Below, piece by piece: positions 8,891 to 18,783 of a DNA stretch of 50,292 bases (position 1 is the stretch's first letter; each line of letters begins with the position of its first letter). The notes beneath the pieces are model-generated. The model was not told the origin of the DNA and did not search any database. It was given only the letters and a program-made list of their open reading frames with translations. The DNA comes from Alphaproteobacteria bacterium RIFCSPLOWO2_01_FULL_40_26. GTDB lineage: Bacteria; Pseudomonadota; Alphaproteobacteria; Rickettsiales; UBA1997. The stretch is taken from NCBI GenBank assembly GCA_001767955.1, contig MEMO01000023.1, forward strand, positions 1 through 50,292, read 5' to 3'. The translations under genes and the position numbers were made by a program.

Positions 8891-9820
8891 ATGCCAAAAG
8901 ATAGTGATAGTTTCAGTAGAATAACAACTCTCCGCCAAAGATATTACAAGGCTGCAAGCGGCAAAGAGTCCTTGCTTAAATTAATATCAGAAACTGAAAT
9001 TTCTGAGCAAGTCTACAACTCCAACGCCATTGAAAATAGCACACTCTCACTTGAAGAAACTGAAAAGATTCTCCTTCAAATTGATCTAGACCGCTACATC
9101 ACTGATCGTGAAATTTTCGAAGCAAAAAATCTTGCCCGGGTTGTTAATTATATCGAAAAAAAAGCTAAAGAAAAAGAGCTTACGCTCGAAGTAATTTTGT
9201 CTTTGCACAAAATGTTAATCGCAAATATTGACGACAATATCGCCGGAAGATTTCGAAAAAATAATGAATATGTGAAAGTTGGCAACCACATAGCTCCATC
9301 CCCAAAAGAAATTGTAACTTTGCTTGAAGACGCGATTGCCGGTTATCACGGATCCAACCATAAAAATATTGCCAAACGTATTGCGCGCTTACATCTCGCC
9401 TTCGAACATATTCATCCATTTGTCGATGGTAATGGCCGCATCGGGCGCATCATTAATAATTATTTGTTGATTCGCGAAGGCTTTGTTCCAATGAATATCA
9501 AATTTATTGATCGCCAGAAATATTACGATGCCTTCAAAGAATTCGACAAAAAAGGCGCTACTAAAATCATGGAAGAGATCGTCAGCAAAGCGCTTACTAA
9601 CAGCTACCACAAAAGACTGGCCTACCTGGAAGGAAAAAAAATAGTCACACTTTTAGAATATTCCAAAAGCAGTAAAATCTCCCACTCTAACTTGCTAAAC
9701 AAAGCCAACCGCCAAACAATCGAAGCGTTTTTAGAAAGGGGAGTTTGGAAAATCGGTATTGTGATTGGCAAGAAAAAACCGGTCAAAAAATATGGGGTTA
9801 AAAAAGATTCTAAGCGTTAA
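8891..9820 (+). CDS. fic: Fic-family AMPylase (class II, intramolecular inhibitory helix) with C-terminal HTH-like tail
   Basis: HIHPFVDGNGRIGR catalytic motif; SNAIEN inhibitory motif. Confidence 0.92.
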   Translation: MPKDSDSFSRITTLRQRYYKAASGKESLLKLISETEISEQVYNSNAIENSTLSLEETEKILLQIDLDRYITDREIFEAKNLARVVNYIEKKAKEKELTLEVILSLHKMLIANIDDNIAGRFRKNNEYVKVGNHIAPSPKEIVTLLEDAIAGYHGSNHKNIAKRIARLHLAFEHIHPFVDGNGRIGRIINNYLLIREGFVPMNIKFIDRQKYYDAFKEFDKKGATKIMEEIVSKALTNSYHKRLAYLEGKKIVTLLEYSKSSKISHSNLLNKANRQTIEAFLERGVWKIGIVIGKKKPVKKYGVKKDSKR

Positions 9821-9908
9821 GAATAGCAAACCGTAATTTCAGTTGCCTTTTGCCAAACCGCTCCTATCTTGCGCCGCTCGCTTTTTTTCTTCCAATTTAC
9901 GATTTTTT

Positions 9909-9984
<76 letters not shown>

Positions 9985-9988
9985 TTTG

Positions 9989-10405
9989 ATGCAATCCTTT
10001 AAAGCAAAACTCTACCGATTTCTTGGCCTTAAAAGCGTTGTTCAACTTAAACGTTTTCTCATTACCGGCGGCATTTCTACCATCATCAGCTATTTCGTAT
10101 TTCTTGCCAGTCTCCGGTTTTTTCATCTGCATTACATGCTGGCGAATCTTTGCTCTTTTGTTTTGAGCATTATTTTTGCCTATAATTGCAACAAGCATTG
10201 GAGCTTTAGTGGGCCACATCACAAATCGAATCACCTTGCTGAATATCTCGTGGTTTATTTTACCACGCTTGGCGTGAGTATGATCATCCTAAAAATCACC
10301 ATCGATGGTCTTGGCATCATCCCCGAAATCTCCTTCTTCATCTCGCTTTGTTTCACGACCGGGATGAATTTTTTTGGTCTGAAATTTCTTGTCTTCAAGA
10401 AATAA
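9989..10405 (+). CDS. GtrA-family membrane protein
   Basis: RFLITGG, ANLCSF...AYNCNKHWSF, NFFGLKFLVF; about 4 TM segments; ATG at 9989 because the longer ORF runs through the tRNA. Confidence 0.85.
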   Translation: MQSFKAKLYRFLGLKSVVQLKRFLITGGISTIISYFVFLASLRFFHLHYMLANLCSFVLSIIFAYNCNKHWSFSGPHHKSNHLAEYLVVYFTTLGVSMIILKITIDGLGIIPEISFFISLCFTTGMNFFGLKFLVFKK

Positions 10406-12616
10406 AAATTGTGTGCCGTGTTGCAGAAAATCAAAATTATCAATTTTGATTTTTTCTTTTTTAATACAGTCTGGAAGTGCGTATTTTCTAGTCATATTCA
10501 CAATCATATCAAAATCATTTTTGCAAATTTCTGCAATTTTATTGCGCTTAAGAAGCACCAGAATTTTTTTATTTTTTTCGATTATGCATTTTTCTTTTTC
10601 GCAGAAATTTATGGTTTTGAAATAATTTTCACCAAAGTGGTTCATCCAATGTTGACGCTGTTTTGAAGGCCTTAATTTTTTTGAAAATCTCAAACCATTT
10701 TGAGACTGTCGCAAATCCCCATTTCTTACCATTTTTAAACTCGACGAGCCCTTGTAAATCAAGGGTTCAGATTTTTCAGAAAGTTGATTTGCGACATGGC
10801 CATTTCCATCATTAATGGCAAAAAATTTCTGATCTTTTTCAAAAATAATATCCGGTTTTTTGATGAAAAAAATTGTCAAAAATGAAGCGCAAAAAATTGC
10901 AATTCCGGCTAAATGCAATTTTTTTTCAGATTTTTTTTCAGATTTTTTTTCAGATTTTTTTTCAGCAAGGCAAAAAAGCAAAAATCCAAAAGTTGCAATT
11001 ACAAGGCCATGGCTTGGTAGTTGTGGTGTAGTAAGGTTGAAATTGCTGATCTCGGCAATTTTTTTAAGCAGCAAAATTCCCTCATTCATCAAAAGCAGCA
11101 CATATTTTTCCAGACCGAAAGGCATGAAAAAAAACGAAGAAAATCCAAGCGGCATGACAAAAAAGCTGGCTAGGGGAATAGCGAAAACATTGCTTACGAA
11201 ACCAGATAGAGCAAGGCTTTGGAAGCTATGCATCAAAAAGGGTAAAGTGGCGATTTGGATTGCGATGGATAAAAGTGCAATATCAGAAAAATAGCGTAAT
11301 CCGCGAGCTTGGCGAAGCTTGCGATGATAAAAAACTCCAAGCGTGAGAATTGCCGCAAAAGATAGCTGAAAACTAATGCTAAAAACCGCCAGCGGATTGT
11401 ACAAAATCAACAAAAATGCCGCTGTCATTATCGCCCGCTTGGCGTTGATTTTTTCATCAAGAAAAAGCGCTAATAAAACCAAAACAACCATTAAAAATGC
11501 GCGCTGTGCTGGCAATGGCGATCCGGCAATTTTAAGATAAAAATAAGTAGCAAAAATTGCGATAACGGAGGCGATCTTTTTAAGATCAAAATTCAATGCC
11601 AGATATTCACTGCGCGATAGCAGAAAGCGTGTTGCGATAAAAAAAATTGCGCCGGCCAAAGATAGGTGAAAACCGGAAATTGACAGAAGATGCGCCAACC
11701 CGGAATTGCGGATTTTTGCCAGAGTTTCTTTGGAAATTTGTGATTGATCACCAATCAGCAAAGCCGTGGCAATTGCGGCTTCATCGTCTTTTAAACTTGT
11801 TGAAATTCTGGCGCGTATTTTTTCGCGCAAAGCTAAAAACCATTGATCAAAATTGGAGATTTCTCCTTGCCGTAAAATTTTTGCTTCGCCGATGGCAAAG
11901 CCGTAAGCGCCGATTTTTTTCATTTTGGCATCGCGTGCAAAATCGAAATCTTCGGGAAAATCTTTTGGCTTTGGCGGTTGTAACAATGCGCGCAGAGCGA
12001 TTTCATCATTGATTGCAATCGGCGCAGAATTTTTAACCAGATTTATTGAAATTTTTTGCGGTGGATTCGGAAATTTTCCATCATCATTCCAATCAACATT
12101 CTGATAGTTTTTGGCGTAATCGAGAAATTTACGATCAACTTCCTGATAATTTTCCAAATTGACAAAATCTTTGATGATTTTTTTATCAGAGATTTTTTTA
12201 GGTTTTTTCTTTTTTACGATTTTATTGTCGAATTTTGTCCGATATAAAACAGGTTCTGCAATCACTAAATTCAAGCCTTTAAGATGGTTTACCGGATTGT
12301 AAAATTTTTTTATTTCTACGACTTTTCCTGTGATGTCGGCATAAATTTTTCCGCTGATTTCAGTGTGATTGAGAAAAAATTTTTCATAAAAAATCCCGTA
12401 AAAACTGCCGAGTAAAAAGCACAAACATGCAGCACAAATCAGATTGCGAAACAGGATTGCGGCACAACAAAAAAGCGCGATAAAAATCGGCAGTTTTGAT
12501 AAAAAATTTTGCGGATAGGAGAAATAAAAAACTGCGCCGAAACCAAAGAAGACGGGAATCCACAGCCAAAAATTTTTTCTTTCTTGCTCTAAAATTCTGG
12601 TGATTAATAACCCCAC
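10289..12616 (-). CDS. comEC: ComEC/Rec2 DNA-uptake channel with MITE insert and SEKK repeat
   Basis: SGLAHLLSISGFH, AQRAFLM, SFQLSF, NVFAIPL motifs. Confidence 0.9.
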   Translation of the reverse strand: MGLLITRILEQERKNFWLWIPVFFGFGAVFYFSYPQNFLSKLPIFIALFCCAAILFRNLICAACLCFLLGSFYGIFYEKFFLNHTEISGKIYADITGKVVEIKKFYNPVNHLKGLNLVIAEPVLYRTKFDNKIVKKKKPKKISDKKIIKDFVNLENYQEVDRKFLDYAKNYQNVDWNDDGKFPNPPQKISINLVKNSAPIAINDEIALRALLQPPKPKDFPEDFDFARDAKMKKIGAYGFAIGEAKILRQGEISNFDQWFLALREKIRARISTSLKDDEAAIATALLIGDQSQISKETLAKIRNSGLAHLLSISGFHLSLAGAIFFIATRFLLSRSEYLALNFDLKKIASVIAIFATYFYLKIAGSPLPAQRAFLMVVLVLLALFLDEKINAKRAIMTAAFLLILYNPLAVFSISFQLSFAAILTLGVFYHRKLRQARGLRYFSDIALLSIAIQIATLPFLMHSFQSLALSGFVSNVFAIPLASFFVMPLGFSSFFFMPFGLEKYVLLLMNEGILLLKKIAEISNFNLTTPQLPSHGLVIATFGFLLFCLAEKKSEKKSEKKSEKKLHLAGIAIFCASFLTIFFIKKPDIIFEKDQKFFAINDGNGHVANQLSEKSEPLIYKGSSSLKMVRNGDLRQSQNGLRFSKKLRPSKQRQHWMNHFGENYFKTINFCEKEKCIIEKNKKILVLLKRNKIAEICKNDFDMIVNMTRKYALPDCIKKEKIKIDNFDFLQHGTQFLFLEDKKFQTKKIHPGRETKRDEEGDFGDDAKTIDGDF
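10702..10801 (+). mobile_element. Family-A MITE, copy 3, in-frame within comEC
   Basis: 100 bp, 1 substitution; flanks ATTTT/ATTTC; encodes GHVANQLSEKSEPLIYKGSSSLKMVRNGDLRQS. Confidence 0.95.
10919..10966. repeat. 12-bp tandem repeat x4 (TTTTTTTTCAGA) encoding AEKK-SEKK-SEKK-SEKK in ComEC
   Basis: Read directly; each unit holds a T8/A8 run; last unit ends in C. Confidence 0.95.
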
Positions 12617-13302
12617 AAATTGGATTTGAAATTTTGCAAAATGAATTCCTTGTGTAATTCCAGCTCTTTGTTTGATATGGAGAATTCACGTCTTGGCAAT
12701 GTTGATCTACTTCGTGTGATGGAGATTTTTTCTGTGTTTTTTGTTTCAGTTTTTACTTGGCCTATCGTTTCTCCAAACCCAAATCCGGTTTGCATGCCTC
12801 CCATCAATTCGATATAAACTTCGCAAAGCAGTTCAGTATCAAGCAATGCGCCGTGTTTAGTGCGGTGCGATAGATCAATGTTGAATCTTTTGCACAGAGC
12901 ATCAAGTGAGGCCTGTGCGCCTGGAAATTTCTGGCGTGCGATTGAAAGCGAATCGGTGATGTTTTCACGTGTAAGCGGTTCAAGTCTAAGGATTTTTAGC
13001 TCGTGATTGATGAATTTGGTGTCAAATGCGGCATTGTGAATGACCAGCTGTGCGCCTTTGATGAAATCAAGAAATTTGTAAACGATGTGATCAAAAATCG
13101 GCTTATCCTGCAAAAATTCGCTGGAAATTCCGTGAATGGCAAAAGCTTCAGAAGGTATGTCGCGTCTGGGGTTAACGTATGAATGAAAAACTCTGCCGGT
13201 TTTGATTTTGTTAACCATTTCAATGCAGGCAATCTCGATGATTTTATGACCATCACGGGGATCGAGACCGGTGGTTTCTATGTCGAGACAGATTTCACGC
13301 AT
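12604..13302 (-). CDS. dnaQ: DNA polymerase III epsilon subunit
   Basis: LDIETTG, HNAAFD, SLDALC, HGALLD DEDDh motifs. Confidence 0.96.
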   Translation of the reverse strand: MREICLDIETTGLDPRDGHKIIEIACIEMVNKIKTGRVFHSYVNPRRDIPSEAFAIHGISSEFLQDKPIFDHIVYKFLDFIKGAQLVIHNAAFDTKFINHELKILRLEPLTRENITDSLSIARQKFPGAQASLDALCKRFNIDLSHRTKHGALLDTELLCEVYIELMGGMQTGFGFGETIGQVKTETKNTEKISITRSRSTLPRREFSISNKELELHKEFILQNFKSNLWGY

Positions 13303-13304
13303 TT

Positions 13305-14105
13305 TTAGTTGGTAGTTGATTTTAGTCGGCAGAAGGAGCGGGAAGAATTGGATTGAATGAAGTCTGCCACTTCCTGAACCAATTTGGTGGAAAATGTTTT
13401 GGCGAGCTGATTGGCGTGATCGCTGAAATTGCTGTTTTTTTCTTCGAAAAGTTTTTTGAAGAAATTTCTTAAAGCGTGGATTTCTTCGCGTGAAATGTTG
13501 CGGCGCTTCATGCCGATCAGATTTAATCCGGCTAAAAATGCGCGTTCACCGATAACTGTTCCGTAAGGTATGACATCGCTTTCAACGCCGGACATGCCGC
13601 CAATCATAGCGCCCTGGCCGATGCGTACAAATTGGTGAATCGCTGAAAGTCCGCCAATAACAGCATAATCGCCAATTGTAACATGGCCTCCAAGGGTGGC
13701 ATTATTGGCCATGATGACGTGATCGCCGATGATGCAATCATGAGCGATGTGAATGCCAACCATGAGCAGACAATTGCTGCCGATTTTAGTAACCATGGCG
13801 CCATCTTGTGTGCCAAGATGGATTGTCGCATGTTCGCGGATTTTGTTGTTATCGCCGATTATGACTTTTGATTTTTCGCCGCAGAACTTGAGATCCTGTG
13901 GTTGCAGACCGATTGTTGTGAAAGGAAAAATCACATTGTTTTTGCCGATTTCCGTATCGCCTTCGATAATGACATGTGATTTTAGAATCGTGCCATCGCC
14001 GATTTTTACATCATCACCAACCACACAAAATGCCCCGATTTCAACGTTGGAACCAATTTTAGCTTTAGGAGAAATAATCGCGCTCGAGTGTGTTTGTGGT
14101 ATCAT
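13305..14105 (-). CDS. lpxA: UDP-N-acetylglucosamine O-acyltransferase
   Basis: Hexapeptide repeats, PQDLKF, HIAHDC, GHV, HQF, GLNLIG. Confidence 0.96.
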   Translation of the reverse strand: MIPQTHSSAIISPKAKIGSNVEIGAFCVVGDDVKIGDGTILKSHVIIEGDTEIGKNNVIFPFTTIGLQPQDLKFCGEKSKVIIGDNNKIREHATIHLGTQDGAMVTKIGSNCLLMVGIHIAHDCIIGDHVIMANNATLGGHVTIGDYAVIGGLSAIHQFVRIGQGAMIGGMSGVESDVIPYGTVIGERAFLAGLNLIGMKRRNISREEIHALRNFFKKLFEEKNSNFSDHANQLAKTFSTKLVQEVADFIQSNSSRSFCRLKSTTN

Positions 14106-14107
14106 GG

Positions 14108-14560
14108 TTATTTTTTTTCTTTATCGACGATCATTGCCGAGAGTTCTGCTTCAGAAACTTTTTGACCATCAACCATTGCTATAGCCGCAAACTTGCACAC
14201 ATTGCCGCGATTTTGTACGATTTCAACATGAAGCTCCAAAACATCGCCCGGAACCACCGGCTTTCTGAATTTGGCGCCGTCAATTGACATGAAATAAACC
14301 AATTTATCTTCGGCTTTAAAATCGGGAGCGGCGGTTACCATCAATGCCCCAGCCTGCGCCATAGCTTCGATAATCAAAACCCCCGGCATGATCGGGTGAT
14401 CTGGAAAATGTCCTAAAAAATGTGGCTCATTGAAGGTCACATTTTTTATCGCGACGATTTTTTTATTTGGTTCGACAGAAACTACCTTATCCACCAGAAG
14501 AAACGGATAGCGGTGCGGCAGTGATTTTAGAATTTTTTCTATGTTGATCAAAGTAGGCAT
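14108..14560 (-). CDS. fabZ: 3-hydroxyacyl-ACP dehydratase
   Basis: LPHRYPFLLVD, GHFP..PIMPGVLIIEAMAQ. Confidence 0.97.
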   Translation of the reverse strand: MPTLINIEKILKSLPHRYPFLLVDKVVSVEPNKKIVAIKNVTFNEPHFLGHFPDHPIMPGVLIIEAMAQAGALMVTAAPDFKAEDKLVYFMSIDGAKFRKPVVPGDVLELHVEIVQNRGNVCKFAAIAMVDGQKVSEAELSAMIVDKEKK

Positions 14561-14628
14561 ATTTACGATTTATGACAAATGACGTAAGGCCTGAAAGGCC
14601 GAGTAATTTGCAATTTACACAAATTTAA

Positions 14629-14663
14629 CCTAAATCCTAAATCCTAAATCTTAAATCCTAAAT
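14629..14663. repeat. Heptamer tandem repeat (CCTAAAT)x5, one unit degenerate, immediately upstream of ilvI
   Basis: Read directly. Confidence 0.9.
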
Positions 14664-14670
14664 TAACTTT

Positions 14671-16443
14671 GTGACTAACTTGAAAGAAACTCATAAACTA
14701 ACCGGTGCAGAAATCATCGTTAAAGCTTTGGTTAATGAAGGTGTTGACGTGATTTTCGGTTATCCCGGCGGTGCGATTTTACCATTTTATGATGCGCTTT
14801 TTTTGCAGAATAAATTGCATCATATTTTAACTCGTCATGAGCAAGCCGCGGCGCATGCGGCTGAAGGTTATGCGCGTTCAATGGGCAAGGTTGGTGTTAT
14901 CACTGTCACATCTGGTCCTGGCGCAACCAATGCCATCACCGGTCTTACAGATGCCTATCTCGATTCCATCCCGTTAGTTTGTATTTCCGGGCAGGTTGCA
15001 ACCGGATTGATTGGTACTGATGGCTTTCAGGAGGCCGATATTACTGGTCTCACGCGTTCATGCACCAAACATAATTATCTCGTCAAGGATGTTAATGATT
15101 TGGGATATATCATTCACGAAGCCTTTTATATCGCGCGTTCCGGCCGTCCGGGTCCGGTTTTGATTGATGTGCCAAAAGATGTGCAAAATGGGTATGGAAT
15201 TTATAGCGGAAAAATGGCGATTAATCGCGCTTCCTATCAGGTGAAAAAACGCCAGTTTGAACTTCATCATGATAAAATTTCTGCAGCAATTGATCTCATT
15301 GAAAAAGCCAAGCGCCCAATATTTTACACAGGTGGTGGCATTATAAATTCCGGTGAAAAAGCCTCAAAATTGCTTGGTGAATTTGTGCGCGAAACAGGAT
15401 ATCCAATCACCAACACCTTGATGGGGCTTGGCGGATTTCCGGCCAGCGATTCACATTTTATCGGCATGCTCGGCATGCATGGCACTTATGAAGCCAATAT
15501 GGCGATGTATGAATGCGATGTCATGATCAATATCGGCGCACGCTTTGATGATCGCGTTACCGGCCGCGTTTCCGGCTTTTCGCCTCATTCAAAAAAAATC
15601 CATATCGACATTGATGATTGTTCGATTGGCAAAATAATTCACGTCGATGTGCCAATCGTTGGCGATGCCGCCTGTGTGCTTGAAGCGTTGTTTTGTGAAT
15701 GGAAAAGACGTGGCAATAAAAATCGCAAAAAAGAAATTTCTATCTGGTGGAGCAAAATCAAAAAATGGCAGGACGTTAATTCACTTTCTTACGAAGAAAG
15801 CAGCAAAGTAATCAAACCAGAATATGCCATGCAGCGTTTAAATGCCTTGACGCGCGACCATAAGCCTTTTGTTTCAACTGATGTCGGCCAGCATCAAATG
15901 TGGGCAGCGCAATATATCCAATTTGATGAGCCAAAAAAATGGTTAACCTCCGGCGGCCTTGGCACCATGGGCTATGGTGTGCCTTCTGCGGTTGGCGCGC
16001 AGGTGGCAAATCGCGATGCTTTGGTTATTTGTGTCAGCGGTGATGCCAGCTTCATGATGAATATGCAGGAACTCGCCACCATCAAGCAATATAGCTTGCC
16101 GGTGAAAATTCTTATTTTGAATAACCGCTATATGGGCATGGTGCGCCAATGGCAGGAGTTGATTTATGAAAAGCGTGAAAGCCAGTCTTACATGGAATCT
16201 CTGCCCGATTTTATGAAACTTGCTGAAAGTTTCGGCATTAAGGGAATTGAATGCGACAAACCCGATCATCTCGATAAAAAAATTCTTGAGATGATCAATC
16301 ATCAAGGCCCGGTTTTGTTCAATTGTGTGGTGGAAAAAAGTGAAAATGTTTTCCCGATGATTCCCGCCGGATCAGCTCACAATGAAATTCTGCTTGGCTC
16401 TCAAGCGAAGCTTTATGTGACCAAAGATATTAACGCGGTTTAA
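14671..16443 (+). CDS. ilvI: Acetolactate synthase large subunit
   Basis: FGYPGG, RHEQ, TSGPGATN, DVGQHQMWAAQ, GDASF..N TPP motif. Confidence 0.95.
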   Translation: MTNLKETHKLTGAEIIVKALVNEGVDVIFGYPGGAILPFYDALFLQNKLHHILTRHEQAAAHAAEGYARSMGKVGVITVTSGPGATNAITGLTDAYLDSIPLVCISGQVATGLIGTDGFQEADITGLTRSCTKHNYLVKDVNDLGYIIHEAFYIARSGRPGPVLIDVPKDVQNGYGIYSGKMAINRASYQVKKRQFELHHDKISAAIDLIEKAKRPIFYTGGGIINSGEKASKLLGEFVRETGYPITNTLMGLGGFPASDSHFIGMLGMHGTYEANMAMYECDVMINIGARFDDRVTGRVSGFSPHSKKIHIDIDDCSIGKIIHVDVPIVGDAACVLEALFCEWKRRGNKNRKKEISIWWSKIKKWQDVNSLSYEESSKVIKPEYAMQRLNALTRDHKPFVSTDVGQHQMWAAQYIQFDEPKKWLTSGGLGTMGYGVPSAVGAQVANRDALVICVSGDASFMMNMQELATIKQYSLPVKILILNNRYMGMVRQWQELIYEKRESQSYMESLPDFMKLAESFGIKGIECDKPDHLDKKILEMINHQGPVLFNCVVEKSENVFPMIPAGSAHNEILLGSQAKLYVTKDINAV

Positions 16444-16445
16444 CA

Positions 16446-16958
16446 ATGTCTGAAATCAAAAAACACGTAATTGCCATCATAGTTGATAACGAGTTTGGAG
16501 CTTTGGCGCGCATCGTCGAACTTTTTTCTGCGCGTGGTTATAACATCGAAACATTGACCGTTGCGCCGATCACTCACGATAAGAAAAAATCGCGCATTAC
16601 CATCACAACTTATGGCAGCGACAAAACCATCGAATTGATTTGCAAATTATTGAGAAGAATTGTGCCGGTGCATCATGCTGCTGAACTTACTGCTTCTGAA
16701 GGTTATATCGAACGTGAACTGGCTTTGGCGCAAATTATCGCTGACGAAGAAACACGTGAAAAGGCTATCGCAATGATGGAAAAATATCGCAGCTATGTGA
16801 TTGATATTGAAGGCGATTCACTGGTTTTTGAAATTATCGGCGATTCAAAAACCATCGAAGAAGCGCTTGAAAACCTCACCGATTATGGCCTTGCCACAAT
16901 ATCACGCACCGGCATCGCTGCTGGTTTCAAGGGCAAGAAGAGGTTGGATGAGGTTTAG
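16446..16958 (+). CDS. ilvH: Acetolactate synthase small (regulatory) subunit
   Basis: ACT domain NEFGALARI..LFSARGYNI, ERELAL, RTG. Confidence 0.93.
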   Translation: MSEIKKHVIAIIVDNEFGALARIVELFSARGYNIETLTVAPITHDKKKSRITITTYGSDKTIELICKLLRRIVPVHHAAELTASEGYIERELALAQIIADEETREKAIAMMEKYRSYVIDIEGDSLVFEIIGDSKTIEEALENLTDYGLATISRTGIAAGFKGKKRLDEV

Positions 16959-17055
16959 AACCTGTTCAGGTTCTTAGAGTTGCAAGTTTAAAACTGCTTC
17001 ATAACTTGGCCGCGCGCTCGTAAGGGCTGTAAACTTTCATCAATTTTAAATAATC

Positions 17056-17219
17056 TAACCCCAATAACGCTTAAGGAATTATGGCTTAAGTCTACAAACT
17101 CTAAGTAAAACCAATAAACTCCACCACACTGTCACCCCGCACTTGTGTGTGGTGAGATTTGTGATTTAGCTTAGAGTCTGTAAATTTGAATCTGGGTTTC
17201 TTAAACGTTATTGGGGTTA
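17056..17219. mobile_element. Family-D MITE, internally deleted, TA-bounded
   Basis: Terminal inverted repeats TAACCCCAATAACG(C/T)TTAAG; contains truncated TGTCACCCCGCACTTGT hairpin; right arm matches 40-112. Confidence 0.85.
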
Positions 17220-17228
17220 ATCTACACC

Positions 17229-17507
17229 ATGACTATCGCAACTATGTCCCCATTTTTCATCATCGACACATTACAATTTTCGAAAAGACTGCACAAAGCC
17301 GGTCTCGATCAGAAGGTCGCCGAAGAGCTTGCTGAGGCGATTAAAGATACACAAAATCAAACCGTGGAAGGTTTGGCAACGAAACAGGATTTGAAAATTT
17401 TGGAGCAAAAAATTGATATGTTGGAACACAAACTTGTCACAAAAATGTTCCTGATGATGACCGTTGCAGTTGCTGTCATTGCCTGGCTTGATAAAGTCAT
17501 AAATTAG
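17229..17507 (+). CDS. DUF1640/CCDC90-like small coiled-coil membrane protein
   Basis: DTLQFSKRL..AG...AE.LA, LATKQDL, C-terminal TM helix. Confidence 0.75.
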   Translation: MTIATMSPFFIIDTLQFSKRLHKAGLDQKVAEELAEAIKDTQNQTVEGLATKQDLKILEQKIDMLEHKLVTKMFLMMTVAVAVIAWLDKVIN

Positions 17508-17584
17508 AGCCGACCTTTTTCTTGACTGATAGACTTTGCAAAAATAGCTTGCCGCACCTTCTTTAAATCTTCTTTACCAAAACA

Positions 17585-17779
17585 ATGGCTGGAAAACCGA
17601 AAGCTTCAAAAGCAAAAAGAAATTCCATTTTGTTTAAAATGGTTAGCACTGCTGACACAGGGTTTTATTACCTCGCGCGCCGCAATCCTAAACAAAAACA
17701 GGAAAAAATGGTTTTTACAAAATACGATCCCGTACTGCGCAAGCATGTGGAATTTAAAGAGCAAAAGCTCTCAAGCTAA
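17585..17779 (+). CDS. rpmG: 50S ribosomal protein L33 (Cys-free type)
   Basis: VSTADTGFYY...KYDPVLRKHVEFKE. Confidence 0.95.
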   Translation: MAGKPKASKAKRNSILFKMVSTADTGFYYLARRNPKQKQEKMVFTKYDPVLRKHVEFKEQKLSS

Positions 17780-17791
17780 GCTCTAAATTTG

Positions 17792-17819
17792 GGCGGCCAA
17801 ATGGCCGCCTTTTTTATTT
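17792..17819 (+). terminator. Rho-independent terminator after rpmG
   Basis: GGCGGCCA-AA-TGGCCGCC followed by a T tract. Confidence 0.85.
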
Positions 17820-17826
17820 CTGAAAT

Positions 17827-18783
17827 ATGCTATCTTCTCTTTCTTCTCAAATTATTGGAATAGTCGAACAGGCCTCAATTGCTTGTTATGACTGGATTGG
17901 CAGAGGTGATAATAAAGCTGCCGATGCTGCGGCGGTAAAATCAATGCGCAGTAGTCTGAATCAGATGAATATCAACGGAACCATTGTAATTGGTGAAGGT
18001 GAGCGCGATGAAGCACCGATGCTTTTTATCGGTGAAAAAGTTGGAAAATGTAAAAACGAAAAAGGTGGTGTTGAAATTGATATTGCGCTTGATCCACTTG
18101 AAGGAACCACAATTTGTGCCAATGCCGGCGAGTCTTCACTGGCAGTTATTGCTTTTGCCAAAAAAGGTGGATTTTTGCATGCGCCGGATGTTTATATGGA
18201 CAAAATCGCGGTTGGAGCTGGTCTGTCTGAAGGTGTAATCGATCTCGATAATTCTCCGAAAAAAAATCTGCAAAATATCGCTAAAGCCAAAAAATGTGCG
18301 ATCTCTGATTTAACCGTGATGATCCTCGAACGCTCACGCCATGATGAACTCATTGCCAAAGTGCGTGAAGCCGGCGCAAAAATTCGTCTGATCGGCGATG
18401 GCGATGTTGCCGGAGTTATCGCCTGTACCTCACAAAACACTCGCGTTGATGTTTATATGGGAATTGGTGGCGCGCCAGAAGGTGTTCTCGCTGCGGCAGC
18501 GCTGCGCGTAATCGGCGGACAAATGATGGGACGTCTGATTTTTGGCGATAATAAAAAACAAATTGAGCGCGCAAAAAAAATGGGCATCAAAGATTTAAAC
18601 AAAAAATATATCGCAACAGAAATGGCCAGAGGTGATGTGATTTTCGCCTGTGCCGGCGTCACTGATGGATACATGCTGCGCGGTGTTAGAAAATGCAAAA
18701 AAACTGGAAAAATTTTCGTGAATTCACTGTTGATGGATTCGGCAGCAAAAAAGGTAATTACTACTGTTTCCGAGATTTTATGA
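17827..18783 (+). CDS. glpX: Class II fructose-1,6-bisphosphatase
   Basis: IGEGERDEAPML, DPLEGT, APDVYM, DGDV, GGAPEGV. Confidence 0.96.
   Translation: MLSSLSSQIIGIVEQASIACYDWIGRGDNKAADAAAVKSMRSSLNQMNINGTIVIGEGERDEAPMLFIGEKVGKCKNEKGGVEIDIALDPLEGTTICANAGESSLAVIAFAKKGGFLHAPDVYMDKIAVGAGLSEGVIDLDNSPKKNLQNIAKAKKCAISDLTVMILERSRHDELIAKVREAGAKIRLIGDGDVAGVIACTSQNTRVDVYMGIGGAPEGVLAAAALRVIGGQMMGRLIFGDNKKQIERAKKMGIKDLNKKYIATEMARGDVIFACAGVTDGYMLRGVRKCKKTGKIFVNSLLMDSAAKKVITTVSEIL

Noticed and set aside
16956-17040. Possible further TA-bounded element remnant (TAGAACCTGT, also near 48907-48916)
   Set aside because: Only about 10 bp of similarity, with no definable second end
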